The notes under the pieces are model-generated. The model saw only the letters and a list, made by a program, of their open reading frames with translations. It searched no databases and had not been told where the DNA came from. A DNA stretch of 64,000 bases from Octopus vulgaris (taxonomy: Eukaryota): contig OX597827.1 of the NCBI GenBank assembly GCA_951406725.2, positions 33,852,001 to 33,916,000 of the forward strand, read 5' to 3'. Position 1 is the first letter of the stretch. The number at the start of each line of letters is the position of its first letter. This document shows positions 63,892-64,000 of this stretch, piece by piece. The position numbers and the translations under genes were made by a program.

Positions 63892-63942
63892 AACTCGGAA
63901 TCTTGGGGTTAGTAGCCCGCGCTCTTAACCACTACGCCATAT
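63892..63942 (-). mobile_element. Truncated tRNA-derived SINE head
   Basis: TGGCGTAGTGGTTAAGAGCGCGGGCTACTAACCC..GAGTT: A-box present, breaks off at the B-box. Confidence 0.55.
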
Positions 63943-64000
63943 GCTCGTGGGCAATTATGGAGTGAAATTTAGGACTTATAAATATAATATTTTCCTATCC

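Overview
Eukaryotic, AT-rich and extremely repeat-dense DNA. The SINE families, microsatellite load and a single-exon C2H2 zinc-finger gene suggest a cephalopod (octopus-like) genome; this is inference. Only one convincing host gene is present: a minus-strand C2H2 zinc-finger CDS (18516-20375) with two near-identical three-finger arrays. Most of the rest is transposable-element debris. Non-LTR elements include five L1/Tx1-clade LINE copies (one near full length, embedded in (ATCT)n), several R4/Dong-like and one HERO-like restriction-endonuclease LINEs, an RTE LINE and a Penelope-like RT+GIY-YIG element. DNA elements include mariner and Chapaev3-like transposase relics, MITEs and a probable non-autonomous Helitron. 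There are three SINE families. The most notable observations are several minimal hammerhead-ribozyme motifs, a SINE sharing its 3' tail with the Tx1 LINEs, conserved splice-donor motifs just before Tx1 ORF2, microsatellite-associated insertions, long palindromes, and an apparent CpG-decay boundary near 22-23 kb. Many short ORFs in the track are microsatellite or antisense artefacts. TE boundaries are approximate and read by eye. No database searches were run.
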